Positions 31,097 to 40,979 of a stretch of DNA of 64,000 nt are shown in pieces (the stretch's first letter is position 1; every line of letters begins with the position of its first letter). A program made the translations under genes and the position numbers. The DNA comes from an uncultured Candidatus Saccharibacteria bacterium. Lineage in GTDB: Bacteria > Patescibacteriota > Minisyncoccia > RBG-13-40-8-A. The notes under the pieces were generated by a model that saw nothing but the letters and a program-made list of their open reading frames with translations, was not told where the DNA came from and did no database searches. The stretch spans positions 257,587-321,586 of the forward strand of contig OZ246412.1 in assembly GCA_965231075.1 (NCBI GenBank), given 5' to 3'.

Positions 31097-31690
31097 TTAC
31101 TTTTTTCTTGATTTAATTAAATGAATTATGTTTGGCGACACAGATACAACAATAATTAATAAAATAATTGGCAAAAGATATTTATCGATATTAGGAATTA
31201 AATTACCAAGAAAATATCCCAATAAAGATACTCCAATCGTCCATAATGCTCCGCCGATAACATTAAAAGCAATAAATTTACGATAATGCATTGTTCCCAC
31301 CCCCGCCAAGATTGGTACAAACGTTCTAACGATCGGCACGAATCTTGCCAAAACAATCGTTTTTGAGCCATGCTTTTTAAAGAATTCTTCCGCCTTTTGA
31401 ATGTTGTCTTTCTTGAAAAACAAAGATTCTTCTTTGGTAAAGATTTTATCACCGACCTTATTACCAAACCAATAGCCGACACTATCGCCCACAACCGCAG
31501 CAACGAAAGTTAAGCCCATTAAAAGCCAAATATTTAAAAATCCTTGCGAGGCCAAAAATCCAGCCGTAAACAATAAACTATCTCCGGGCAAGAAAAACCC
31601 GATTAATAGTCCCGATTCAGCAAAAATTATGCCGAATAATCCCACATATCCCGCCGTTTTAATTAATGATATTAAATCAAATCCTAACAT
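31097..31690 (-). CDS. DedA/VTT family protein
   Basis: FAESGLLIGFFLPGDSLLF, LARFVPIVRTF. Confidence 0.93.
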   Translation of the reverse strand: MLGFDLISLIKTAGYVGLFGIIFAESGLLIGFFLPGDSLLFTAGFLASQGFLNIWLLMGLTFVAAVVGDSVGYWFGNKVGDKIFTKEESLFFKKDNIQKAEEFFKKHGSKTIVLARFVPIVRTFVPILAGVGTMHYRKFIAFNVIGGALWTIGVSLLGYFLGNLIPNIDKYLLPIILLIIVVSVSPNIIHLIKSRKK

Positions 31691-31699
31691 AAATTATTT

Positions 31700-32419
31700 T
31701 TATTTTTTACTTGTAAAAATTACGCGAGCCGGAAGATTTGTTTTGCGAGTTAAATAATCAAAATCGTGTAAAGAATTCATGAACAAATCGTATCCATAAC
31801 GATGATTGGCGCCAGATTTTTGATCGCCGTCATCATGCACAATAAATTCTTTGATTGTGTCGTCGTAACCCACAACAACCATTTGATGATAATATGAGCC
31901 GTAAACCGCAAACGGAATATTGGGGTTGTGTAACTCAAATCCGTAATGCAAAGAAATCACTGGTCTTCTTTTCTGAATTTCTTTTTTTATCTGCTGAACG
32001 GTCGGATTTTCGACAATTGTTGCGGCGTAGTTTAAATTATTGTTAATAATTTCTAATGTTCTCTGCGCGTCAGAATCGGCATTAGAACTATAAATTTTGT
32101 CTTGATAATCAAACAATTCTTGCATCGCATCTTGAGCTTCTTTAATACTAACATATTTTCTTCCGGCATAATAATTTTCCACCATTACCATGCTCGCCTC
32201 TTCACAGCCATTTTTCCAGTTTCCCGAAAAATTTCCATCCGGCGCCTCATTAATATACGGAACGGGCAAGATTAGAGTTTTGGGAACTGAAATATTAGAG
32301 ACCAGCGAATTTAATAAATTTTTGCTTTCCGTTTTATACGCTTCGATTTCCAATATTAAAATAAAAAAAACAATAAATAAAAATAATATTGTTATAAAAA
32401 AATAAAATCTTTTTTTCAT
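31700..32419 (-). CDS. C39-like peptidase, membrane anchored
   Basis: VPYINEAP..GCEEAS, YHQMVVVGYD, VHDDG. Confidence 0.8.
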   Translation of the reverse strand: MKKRFYFFITILFLFIVFFILILEIEAYKTESKNLLNSLVSNISVPKTLILPVPYINEAPDGNFSGNWKNGCEEASMVMVENYYAGRKYVSIKEAQDAMQELFDYQDKIYSSNADSDAQRTLEIINNNLNYAATIVENPTVQQIKKEIQKRRPVISLHYGFELHNPNIPFAVYGSYYHQMVVVGYDDTIKEFIVHDDGDQKSGANHRYGYDLFMNSLHDFDYLTRKTNLPARVIFTSKK

Positions 32420-32424
32420 TAATA

Positions 32425-32949
32425 TTAGTGGATTGTTTGAGAACCAGACAAAAGTCCATCGGCGATTATTGTGGCATAGCGTCTTAATTCAGAAAGATAA
32501 CCGCTTTCGTCTTTATGATAATCAGGAAAATCGTTAACGTTGATAACTAAGTCTGATTTCCATGCGTCTTTTTTACTATTGGCGGTGATATCGATTTCAA
32601 AATACGCCTCACGACCATTAATCGGATTTTGAAATACAAAAAAACAGTCAACTCCTCTTTTGTCTAAATTTGTTCCCAAGCAGTTGTAGAATTTTAGTCC
32701 TTGAGGATTTTCTGGGTCTAAATTCAATTCTTCGGCAACTAAATCAAATAAATCATTCGCCCATTTTTTTTGAGGAATTTCTGGATTAAGTGGATAGTGT
32801 TCAACAATTGCCTTTCTCAACATACCTCGCGATAATTTTGTTGGGTCAATATTGTTTTTAATCAACAAATCATCAACTTTTGGCCCACTACCCAAAAATG
32901 CATTTTCGGCTTCAAATCCACTGCAACGTTTTTCAAAAATATTTCTCAT
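32425..32949 (-). CDS. Hypothetical protein
   Basis: Start re-set to MRNIFEK downstream of tRNA-Ser; LD.RGVDCFF..EIDITAN. Confidence 0.7.
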   Translation of the reverse strand: MRNIFEKRCSGFEAENAFLGSGPKVDDLLIKNNIDPTKLSRGMLRKAIVEHYPLNPEIPQKKWANDLFDLVAEELNLDPENPQGLKFYNCLGTNLDKRGVDCFFVFQNPINGREAYFEIDITANSKKDAWKSDLVINVNDFPDYHKDESGYLSELRRYATIIADGLLSGSQTIH

Positions 32950-32960
32950 AAATTTTATTT

Positions 32961-33047
32961 CGGAAAGGGAGGGATTCGAACCCTCGGTGGGTTTTACCCC
33001 ACACACGCTTTCCAAGCGTGCGCACTAGACCACTATGCGACCTTTCC
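32961..33047 (-). tRNA. tRNA-Ser(GGA)
   Basis: GGAAAGG..CCTTTCCG, loop TT GGA AA, long variable arm; CCA not encoded. Confidence 0.95.
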
Positions 33048-33054
33048 TCGTTTT

Positions 33055-33342
33055 TTATTGCTTTATTTTGTCGATCATTACAGACGATAGTCTTCCTTTG
33101 ATTCTTTGCACATCTTGATCGCTCAATGGATCGGTTTGATTATTTTTTAGATCTATTAATTCTTTTTGTAATTCGGTAAGACTAATTTTGCCATCTTTTA
33201 AGTCTTTACCAAAAACGCCACGGACATAAGTCTTTTCCTTGCTCGTTAATTGTGACATACCTTTTAATGTTTTTTCGAATTCAATTTTACGAATTCTTTT
33301 TGGGTTATCATTAATTCCAAAAAGCGCTTCTATGAGTCCCAT
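33055..33342 (-). CDS. Hypothetical protein
   Basis: ORF in lemA-htpX run. Confidence 0.7.
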   Translation of the reverse strand: MGLIEALFGINDNPKRIRKIEFEKTLKGMSQLTSKEKTYVRGVFGKDLKDGKISLTELQKELIDLKNNQTDPLSDQDVQRIKGRLSSVMIDKIKQ

Positions 33343-33347
33343 ATATT

Positions 33348-34259
33348 TTATTTACTTGTTTCTCTCAATCTCTTAATTCTTTCTTGAATTGGAGGATGAG
33401 TAGAAAATAAGTTAGTTAATTTATTAGTTTTTCCACCCAGGGTGGACAAATATGGATTACTAATATACAAATGTGCCATTGCCTTGTGCGTCTTTTTTAT
33501 AGGAGTCGAGTTTTGTGCAATTTTCTCTAGAGCGCTAGCCAATCCTTCCGGGTATCTGGTCAAAAGCGAACCAGAGGCGTCAGCTAAATATTCTCTTTTT
33601 CGAGAAATTGCTAATTGAATTAATTTTGAAATAATTGGTGAAAGAATAATAAAAATTAAACCAACAATCATTAAAACCGCTCTAGCTTGTCCGCCACCAT
33701 TGTCATTGCTACTTTTTCTTCCGCCAAACATTCTGCCTCGAACGAATATGTCTGAAATCAAAGAAACTGCTCCCACCAGAGTAACCACAACCGTTTGCAA
33801 CAAAATATCACGATTTCCGATATGACTCAATTCGTGCGCAATTACTCCCTCTAATTCGGTTTGATTTAATGTTTGTAACAATCCAGACGTCACAGCAATC
33901 ACAGCATTCTGGGGATTTCTTCCAGTGGCAAAAGCATTTAGGGTTGGGTCGTTAATAATGTAAATTTTGGGAACCGGAAGTCCAGCGGTAATACAAAGAT
34001 TTTCGACAACATGATAAAGTTGTGGTGCTTGATCGTGATTGATTAATTTGGCACCAGAAATTCCTAAAACAATTTTATCGGAAAACCAATAACTAAAAAA
34101 TGACATAAACACACTAATTCCTACGGCAAAGAATAAAATAGCCTGGTCTTCAAAATAATAACTCAAAAACCAACCCAATCCAATAATAATAATGAAAAAC
34201 ACAGAAAACAAAACCCAAGTTCTTCGGATGTTTGAACCAATATGAGTATATAGCGTCAT
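33348..34259 (-). CDS. htpX: M48 zinc metalloprotease HtpX
   Basis: NAFATG, AHELSH, SRKREYLAD, STHPP. Confidence 0.95.
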   Translation of the reverse strand: MTLYTHIGSNIRRTWVLFSVFFIIIIGLGWFLSYYFEDQAILFFAVGISVFMSFFSYWFSDKIVLGISGAKLINHDQAPQLYHVVENLCITAGLPVPKIYIINDPTLNAFATGRNPQNAVIAVTSGLLQTLNQTELEGVIAHELSHIGNRDILLQTVVVTLVGAVSLISDIFVRGRMFGGRKSSNDNGGGQARAVLMIVGLIFIILSPIISKLIQLAISRKREYLADASGSLLTRYPEGLASALEKIAQNSTPIKKTHKAMAHLYISNPYLSTLGGKTNKLTNLFSTHPPIQERIKRLRETSK

Positions 34260-34298
34260 ATGTGTTTATGTTATCAAGAAATTATGTTTTTGTAAATT

Positions 34299-34329
34299 AA
34301 AATACTCCCCGCATTGCGGGGAGTATTTT
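34299..34329. terminator. Perfect hairpin between lemA and htpX
   Basis: aaaatactccccgc att gcggggagtatttt. Confidence 0.7.
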
Positions 34330-34340
34330 GTATGACTAAT

Positions 34341-34892
34341 TTAGAATTTTACTTCTGGAACGGCTTTCTCGGATTCGTCGGCTTCGAAAAATTCTCTTTT
34401 CTTAAATCCTAGCATACCAGCGATGATTCTCGATGGAAATGTTTCGATTTTGATGTTTAAGTCTCTAACGTTACCATTATAGAATCTTCTGGCTGCTTGA
34501 ATTTTGTTTTCAGTGTCAGATAACTCATTCTGTAATTGTAAGAAATTCTCATTAGCTTTTAATTCTGGATATGCCTCTGCAACCGCAAATAAACTTTTTA
34601 GGGTTCCGGAAAGCGCATTTTCTGCCTTTCCTTTTTCTTCTGCTCCTTGAGCATTGATTGCCTTTGATCTCGCTTCTGTAACCTTTTCGAATAATTGTTT
34701 TTCGTGGGCCGCATATCCCTTAACCGCTTCAATTAGATTTGGGATTAAATCGTATCTTCTTTTTAATTGGACATCGATGTCCGACCATGCTTCGTCCGTG
34801 CGAGTTTTTAGTCTAATCAGACCATTAAAAACTGCAATCACCCACAAAACTATTGCTGCAACTACTATTAAAATAATTGTTCCGACTGCCAT
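34341..34892 (-). CDS. lemA: LemA family protein
   Basis: AWSDIDVQLKRRYDLIPNL, EAYPELKAN, ARRFYN. Confidence 0.96.
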   Translation of the reverse strand: MAVGTIILIVVAAIVLWVIAVFNGLIRLKTRTDEAWSDIDVQLKRRYDLIPNLIEAVKGYAAHEKQLFEKVTEARSKAINAQGAEEKGKAENALSGTLKSLFAVAEAYPELKANENFLQLQNELSDTENKIQAARRFYNGNVRDLNIKIETFPSRIIAGMLGFKKREFFEADESEKAVPEVKF

Positions 34893-34898
34893 GTTTTT

Positions 34899-34961
34899 TT
34901 ACCCCTGTTAAATCCCGCATAGCGGGAATCTCGCAACGCGAGATTATTTAATGGGGTGAAT
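34899..34961. mobile_element. Non-autonomous family A element (TIR plus two internal hairpins)
   Basis: ttacccctgttaaat..atttaatggggtgaa around cccgcatagcggg and atctcgcaacgcgagat. Confidence 0.7.
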
Positions 34962-35025
34962 TTAATAATTATCTATTTATAAGTATGTTCTCTTTTTGCT
35001 GTGTCGTCAACCCCTGATTGACAAA

Positions 35026-36051
35026 CTAACTAAATTCCATGTCTTTTTCTTGGATATCAAGACTCAATAATTTTAAATTATGATTATATTTATCAAGTAT
35101 TTCACCTTGCGGTGAATCGGGATGAAATTCTAACTGTGTGTCATTAAAAATTATTCTTCCTTTTTCTTGATTTAATAATTTACTACGTTTAATATGCGCA
35201 ACTTGGAAAAATTTAAACACCCCCTCAAGAATCGTTCCAATGAATGTATTCAAAATAATTTCTTGAAACTTTCTAATGAACTTAAAGAGATTATTGTTTT
35301 TGATTTTTTGTCGATTATTTAATTTTTCTAAATTATAAAAATATAAATAATTTCCTGCCCATCGATTTTCAAATTGAAATCGATTGTAGATACCCGACTC
35401 TAATTCTAAAACGGGAGTCAGGTGTGCTAAATATGCAATGCGCAGACTGGCGGTGTTTATTTTTAGGTTGTTGTCTGATAGATAATGGTTTAAACAAAAT
35501 CTATTAGTTATTTTCTTTCCGTGTCTGCGTCGACCAATTATTTGAAAAAATGCGGTTATTAAGAACCTTGTCAGCCAGATGCGTTTATTTTTAACGATAA
35601 TCAATAGATCAATATCGCTTTCTTGTTTGGCATTGTATATTGCCATCGAGCCGTTCATTAGAACCATTTTTATAAATGGAATAATCTGAAGCCATTTTAT
35701 GGTTTTTATTGACTTTTTCCATTTTTCATCAGAAATTTTTTGACGCTCAATTCTGAGTTGATAAAGATTTCTTTTTGTATTTGATGACACGAATTCTCTT
35801 AAAAAATAAAATCCGTTTTCCTGATCAATGTATTGTTTCAGGGTAGGTGTGTTTAGTGCTTTTAGAATGTCAACTAGATTAATTGTCTTTAGAGGTTCAA
35901 TTTCTGAACATGGATCAATTTTCTTTAATGAAGAGATGTGTTGAGGGCTCATCAGATATTTAAAAATTTCAAATCCGGTTAACGGATAATCCATGACATC
36001 ATAATACGCGATTGTTGCAAGAATCGATTTTTCTAATAAATTTAATTCCAT
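35026..36051 (-). CDS. Nucleotidyltransferase-domain protein
   Basis: GSMA..SDIDLLII..R.WLTR, FCLNHY. Confidence 0.75.
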   Translation of the reverse strand: MELNLLEKSILATIAYYDVMDYPLTGFEIFKYLMSPQHISSLKKIDPCSEIEPLKTINLVDILKALNTPTLKQYIDQENGFYFLREFVSSNTKRNLYQLRIERQKISDEKWKKSIKTIKWLQIIPFIKMVLMNGSMAIYNAKQESDIDLLIIVKNKRIWLTRFLITAFFQIIGRRRHGKKITNRFCLNHYLSDNNLKINTASLRIAYLAHLTPVLELESGIYNRFQFENRWAGNYLYFYNLEKLNNRQKIKNNNLFKFIRKFQEIILNTFIGTILEGVFKFFQVAHIKRSKLLNQEKGRIIFNDTQLEFHPDSPQGEILDKYNHNLKLLSLDIQEKDMEFS

Positions 36052-36107
36052 AATTTTATTATATCACAACCTTGCTTTAAGAATTGAATTTTGATATTAT
36101 TAGCTTA

Positions 36108-36248
36108 ATGAAAAAAGAAATAGAAATACCCAAAAAAATTGAAGAAAAGATTAAAATGCGAGAAAAGAAAAAACAGCCAAAAATGAAGGTTTCAGGAAAA
36201 AGTGTTTTCAAATTAAAAAAGTTAATTATTAAAAAATCCCTCGACTAA
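36108..36248 (+). CDS. Small basic protein (46 aa)
   Basis: Not in ORF track; MKKEIEIPKK..PKMKVSGKSVFKLKK; fills the gap after a -10-like box. Confidence 0.6.
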   Translation: MKKEIEIPKKIEEKIKMREKKKQPKMKVSGKSVFKLKKLIIKKSLD

Positions 36249-36266
36249 ATTCGAGGCAAGTAATTT

Positions 36267-36632
36267 ATGACAAAACTTATTTTACGTATTATCGCAAATG
36301 CGTTAGCAATTTTTGTCGCTGTTCGCATAATTAACGAAATCACTTTTAGTGGTGATGTTGTTGATTATTTGATCGTTGGCGTGGTTTTGGCATTGGCCAA
36401 CACGTTCATTCGACCAATTCTTAAAATTGTTTCTGCTCCCCTTATATTTATAACATTGGGGTTGTTTACGATTGTAATTAACGGCATAATTCTGTTCGCA
36501 GTCGATTACTTTATGGAAGCGTTATCAATTACTAGTTTCATGGGTTACCTTTGGGGAACAATTATTATCGCTATTGTGAATGCAATAATTGTTGGATCTT
36601 ACAAAAAAAATAAAAAAACTATAACTGAGTAA
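36267..36632 (+). CDS. YvlD / 4-TMS phage-holin family membrane protein
   Basis: NTFIRPILK..P..FITLGLF..VING. Confidence 0.85.
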   Translation: MTKLILRIIANALAIFVAVRIINEITFSGDVVDYLIVGVVLALANTFIRPILKIVSAPLIFITLGLFTIVINGIILFAVDYFMEALSITSFMGYLWGTIIIAIVNAIIVGSYKKNKKTITE

Positions 36633-36640
36633 AAATCGAT

Positions 36641-36868
36641 ATGGAAAAACTATTAAACGTTGCACAACTTATTTTCGCCGCACTTTTAATTGTGGTTATT
36701 CTTCTTCAGCAGCGCGGAACTGGTTTGTCTTCTGCCTTTGGTGGCGGTGGTGGTGGCGAGACCTACTTTAAAAAGAGAGGTGCGGAAAAAATATTATTTA
36801 TTGCTACAATTATTTTGGCAATACTTTTTATCGTCAGCTCAATCGTGCGAATGATTATCTTAAAATAA
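36641..36868 (+). CDS. secG: Preprotein translocase SecG
   Basis: ILLQQRGTGLSSAFGG..KRGAEK. Confidence 0.92.
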   Translation: MEKLLNVAQLIFAALLIVVILLQQRGTGLSSAFGGGGGGETYFKKRGAEKILFIATIILAILFIVSSIVRMIILK

Positions 36869-38571
36869 TGCGCATTCCAACCATACATCAATGGCAAAAG
36901 CTTCCTAACGTTTTAAACAAAAAAGAACGTTATTTTGTTTTTGGCTTTTCTGCCCTAATAATTGTTTCGCTGTTTGGTTGGATGATTAGTTATAAATTAA
37001 AAACCACCACCGTTGTTCCTGATTTTGGTGGAAGTTTCACTGAAGGAATTGTTGGCAATCCACAATATATTAATCCAGTTTTAAGCCAGGCCAGTGATGC
37101 CGACCGAGATTTAACTGAATTGATTTTTTCTGGACTCACAAAATATAACAGTAAAGGAGAAATTGTTCCTAATCTGGCCCAAGAATTTAAAGTTGGAGAC
37201 AATGGTAAGGTTTACGAATTTACGCTCAGACAAGACGTAAAATGGCACGATGGCGAACAATTTACAGCTGACGATGTGGTTTTCACGATTAATCGAATCC
37301 AAAACCCCGACTTTAGAAGCCCACTAAGAACAAGTTGGACTGGAGTTGAGGTTGAAAAAGTGGATGATTATAAGGTTAGATTTAAAATGAAAAACGCCTA
37401 CGCTCCATTTTTATCTAATACTACCGTAGGCATAATTGCGAAACATATTTGGGAAAAAATTCAACCAGCGAATTTTTCATTGGCCACAGAAAACCTCGAA
37501 CCAATTGGAACCGGACCTTATCAACTGGCCACACTGAAAAAAGACAAAGATGGATTCATATATTATATTAAACTAGAAGCGTTTGGTGAAAATAATTCTC
37601 ACAGAAAACCATTTATTAATAAAATATATTTAAGATTCTATGCCGACGAAAAAACCGCAATTAAGGCATATAATCGTGGTGAAATTGACAACTTGAGCTT
37701 GATTTCTGTTCAAAATCAATCTTTAGTACGTGGCGAAAACAGATCAAACATTAAAAGATTAAGTTTGCCGAGATATTTCACTATATTCTTCAATCAAAGC
37801 AAGAGCACGGTTTTATCAGACAAAACTGTTCGATTGGCATTAAATTATGCAACCAATAAAAATCAAATCATTCAAGATATTCTTAATGGAGAAGGCAGAT
37901 CGGTTGACTCCCCCATCCCTAGTGGAGTTTGGGGCTATGCCAACGATTTAAAAATTTATGATTTTGCTCAAGATCATGCTAATAATATTTTAGAGGCGGC
38001 AGGATGGAAAGACACAGACAATGATGGCATTAGGGAGAAAAAGGGAGAAAAATTAGAATTCGAATTGGTTACAACTGACTTTAAGGAACTACAACAAACT
38101 GCCAATATTTTGCAGGAACAATGGTCTAAAATTGGAGCCAAGGTCAATATTAAAATTCTAAACATTGGAGAGATTCAACAAGAATATATTAGACCGCGAG
38201 AATATCAAGCGCTATTATTTGGCGAGGTTTTAGGACTAGATCCCGACCCATTTAGTTTTTGGCATTCGTCTCAAAAGAAAGACCCGGGATTAAACCTAGC
38301 CCTGTATGACAATTCTAAGGTAGATGTTTTGTTGCGCGATGCCAGACAAATAATTGAACCTGAATTAAGACTAAAAAAATATAGAGAATTTCAACAATTA
38401 GTCATTGATGATGCGCCAGTTGTATTTTTATATAGTTGGTATCAAATTTATTACACTTCTAAAAAAATTAAAGGATTTGAAAACGAAAACATCGTGTTGC
38501 CATCAAAACGATTTAATGATGTTGAAAAATGGTATATTAATACGCAACGAGTGAAAAAAAATGAATCTTAA
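36868..38571 (+). CDS. ABC peptide-binding protein (family 5)
   Basis: LIFSGL, LRQDVKWHDGEQFTADDVVFT, PIGTGPY. Confidence 0.92.
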   Translation: MRIPTIHQWQKLPNVLNKKERYFVFGFSALIIVSLFGWMISYKLKTTTVVPDFGGSFTEGIVGNPQYINPVLSQASDADRDLTELIFSGLTKYNSKGEIVPNLAQEFKVGDNGKVYEFTLRQDVKWHDGEQFTADDVVFTINRIQNPDFRSPLRTSWTGVEVEKVDDYKVRFKMKNAYAPFLSNTTVGIIAKHIWEKIQPANFSLATENLEPIGTGPYQLATLKKDKDGFIYYIKLEAFGENNSHRKPFINKIYLRFYADEKTAIKAYNRGEIDNLSLISVQNQSLVRGENRSNIKRLSLPRYFTIFFNQSKSTVLSDKTVRLALNYATNKNQIIQDILNGEGRSVDSPIPSGVWGYANDLKIYDFAQDHANNILEAAGWKDTDNDGIREKKGEKLEFELVTTDFKELQQTANILQEQWSKIGAKVNIKILNIGEIQQEYIRPREYQALLFGEVLGLDPDPFSFWHSSQKKDPGLNLALYDNSKVDVLLRDARQIIEPELRLKKYREFQQLVIDDAPVVFLYSWYQIYYTSKKIKGFENENIVLPSKRFNDVEKWYINTQRVKKNES

Positions 38572-39268
38572 TAAATTTAAACCCGATATTAGACATCTAA
38601 ACGACATTAAAGATGTGGTTTACGATAAGCAATGGTTAAAAACAGCTCCGAACCTGGAGCTGTATTATATGTATCGCGATCTAGCGGAAACTCAACTTGA
38701 TTTTATGAATATTATTAAAAATGATTTACGCTACGACATTACAATTTTAAAACCAAACAAGCTGGGCAAAGAATTTAATAAAACACTAGGACACGACCAT
38801 CCCGTTGTCCCGGGAACAAATGTTACCTATCCTGAATTATATGAAGTGCTAGATGGTAAGGCGATGTTTTTGTTGCAAGATTCTTGCGACAAGAAAATAG
38901 AAACCATTGTTGCTATAAAAGCACAAAAAAATGATAAAATAATTATTCCACCAAATTATGAACATTTAATAATTAATATTGGCAAAACCGATCTTAAAAC
39001 GGCCAATTGGGTTAGTAGAAAATTCGAATCCAATATTTATAGACCACTTAAAATGAAACATGGGTTTAGTTATTATGCCCTAAAATCGTTGTTTGGGATT
39101 AAGTTTATTCAAAACAATAATTATGAATCAATTCCCAAGCTTAAATTTGAGAAACCAAATAATTTTTATAAATTAAATTTATCTGCAGAAGGGCCGATTT
39201 ATAAATTATTAAACCAACCCAATAAATTAGATTTTCTTAAGAATCCACAAAAATATAGTTGGTTGTAA
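38561..39268 (+). CDS. Cupin-type (archaeal-like) glucose-6-phosphate isomerase
   Basis: LYYMYR, RYDIT, KTLGHDH..YPELYEV, IPPNYEH. Confidence 0.85.
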   Translation: MNLNKFKPDIRHLNDIKDVVYDKQWLKTAPNLELYYMYRDLAETQLDFMNIIKNDLRYDITILKPNKLGKEFNKTLGHDHPVVPGTNVTYPELYEVLDGKAMFLLQDSCDKKIETIVAIKAQKNDKIIIPPNYEHLIINIGKTDLKTANWVSRKFESNIYRPLKMKHGFSYYALKSLFGIKFIQNNNYESIPKLKFEKPNNFYKLNLSAEGPIYKLLNQPNKLDFLKNPQKYSWL

Positions 39269-39273
39269 AATTT

Positions 39274-39359
39274 GCCGGGGTGGCGGAATGGCAGACGCAC
39301 TAGCTTCAGGTGCTAGCGAACGCAAGTTCGTGCGAGTTCAAATCTCGCTCCCGGCACCA
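39274..39359 (+). tRNA. tRNA-Leu(CAG)
   Basis: GCCGGGG..CCCGGC A CCA, loop TT CAG GT, long variable arm. Confidence 0.95.
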
Positions 39360-39419
39360 TAATTCGTTTATACATAGAATACTCTTGACAAGTATTTTTT
39401 TGTTTGTTAGTGTATAATA

Positions 39420-39641
39420 ACTGGTTGGGGATCCCGAGGGCACTTTTGTGGAGGGCTTCCCATCCCTCCTCCCGTTTTTTCCCATCACAACCCCCCTTTT
39501 GCATCAGCCCAAGGGATCCCCGCCTCACTCTGTTCATTTGCACCTTGAAACGTTTTCGTGCCCCACGCACGAATTTGTTAGCCCCCTCACAAGATAGCCT
39601 CTGGCTAAGTCCATGCTTCTTCTTGCGAGGGGCATTTTTTT
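39420..39641 (+). ncRNA. Candidate C/U-rich structured sRNA
   Basis: TTGACA at 39385 with -10-like boxes downstream; stem ggggatccc/gggatcccc; terminal stem plus T-run. Confidence 0.45.
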
Positions 39642-39658
39642 ATTATATAATTGAACTT

Positions 39659-39985
39659 ATGGACAAAATAAATTACGAAGATTTTCAAAAATTAGATATT
39701 AGAATTGCAACTGTTCTTGAAGCGGAACCCGTACCGGAAACAACTAAACTTTTAAAATTAAAAGTAGACCTTGGGGATGAATCAAGAGTTCTGGTTGCCG
39801 GCATCGCCGAAACATATAAACCAGAAGACATTGTCGGAAAACAAATTCCAATTTTAACTAACCTTGAACCAAGAACGATAAAAGGGGTTGAAAGCAATGG
39901 AATGATACTGGCTGCAGACGTAGACGGAAAAGCAATTCTTTTACATCCTGATCAAAAAATAATCAATGGCAGTAAAATAAGATAA
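39659..39985 (+). CDS. tRNA-binding OB-fold protein (MetG C-terminal/Trbp111-like)
   Basis: INYEDFQKLDIRI, KLLKLKVDLG, NLEPRTIKGVESNGMILA; start re-set. Confidence 0.9.
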   Translation: MDKINYEDFQKLDIRIATVLEAEPVPETTKLLKLKVDLGDESRVLVAGIAETYKPEDIVGKQIPILTNLEPRTIKGVESNGMILAADVDGKAILLHPDQKIINGSKIR

Positions 39986-39986
39986 T

Positions 39987-40979
39987 ATGAGAATTTTAAG
40001 TGGAATACAACCGACCGGAGAACTACACATTGGAAACTATTTGGGAGCAATAAAACAATGGGTAGAACTCCAAAACGCGAAAAGCATTGATCCGAAAACA
40101 GGATGTATTTTTATGGTTGTTGATTTACACTCTCTAACTGTTGCCTACGATCCGGGACAAATGCAAAAAAGAATTTTGGATATTGTTTTAGATTATTTAG
40201 CAGCGGGAATTGACCCTAAACAAAACACAATCTTTGTTCAGTCACAAATCAAGGAACACGCCGAACTGGCATGGTTATTACAAACCATCACTCCGATGGG
40301 CGAATTAGAAAGAATGACGCAGTACAAAGACAAATCCAAAGAAAATAAAGACAATATTAACGCTGGATTGTTTGCTTATCCAGTTTTGATGGCTGCCGAT
40401 ATTTTGTTATATAAAACCACGATTGTGCCAGTTGGCGACGATCAAGCACAACACGTAGAGTTAACCCGAGAAATTGCCAGAAAATTTAATGGCAGATTCG
40501 GGCAAACGTTTCCTGAGCCCAAAGCCCAATTACAAAAAACCGGCGCAAGAATAATGTCTCTCACCGATCCCCTTCAAAAAATGAGCAAATCCATTCCACA
40601 AGGATGTATATTTTTAAATGATTCCGAAGAAAAAATTAGGGAAAAAATAAAAACCGCAGTCACTGACTCCGGCAAAGAAATTAAATTTGATGAAACTAAT
40701 AAGCCCGCAATCTCAAATCTTTTAACTATCTATCACCTATTTTCTGAAAAATCGATTAAGGAAATCGAAAAAGAATATGAGGGTAAGGGGTACGGTGATT
40801 TCAAATCAGGATTAGCTGATGTGGTTGTGGAAAAATTAAAAGAATTCCAAGAAAAGCGCAAACAGTTTGAGAAAAACCCTGAACTAGTCAAAAAGATTCT
40901 AGCCCAAGGTGCCAAAAAAGCTCAAAAAATCGCCGAAGAAACCATGAAAGAGGTTAAGACAAAAATGGGATTGATTTAA
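39987..40979 (+). CDS. trpS: Tryptophanyl-tRNA synthetase
   Basis: SGIQPTG, HIGN, YPVLMAADIL, KMSKS. Confidence 0.96.
   Translation: MRILSGIQPTGELHIGNYLGAIKQWVELQNAKSIDPKTGCIFMVVDLHSLTVAYDPGQMQKRILDIVLDYLAAGIDPKQNTIFVQSQIKEHAELAWLLQTITPMGELERMTQYKDKSKENKDNINAGLFAYPVLMAADILLYKTTIVPVGDDQAQHVELTREIARKFNGRFGQTFPEPKAQLQKTGARIMSLTDPLQKMSKSIPQGCIFLNDSEEKIREKIKTAVTDSGKEIKFDETNKPAISNLLTIYHLFSEKSIKEIEKEYEGKGYGDFKSGLADVVVEKLKEFQEKRKQFEKNPELVKKILAQGAKKAQKIAEETMKEVKTKMGLI

Noticed and set aside
36267-36632. Prophage suggested by the holin-family gene
   Set aside because: YvlD-type gene in a housekeeping context; no phage structural genes or integrase
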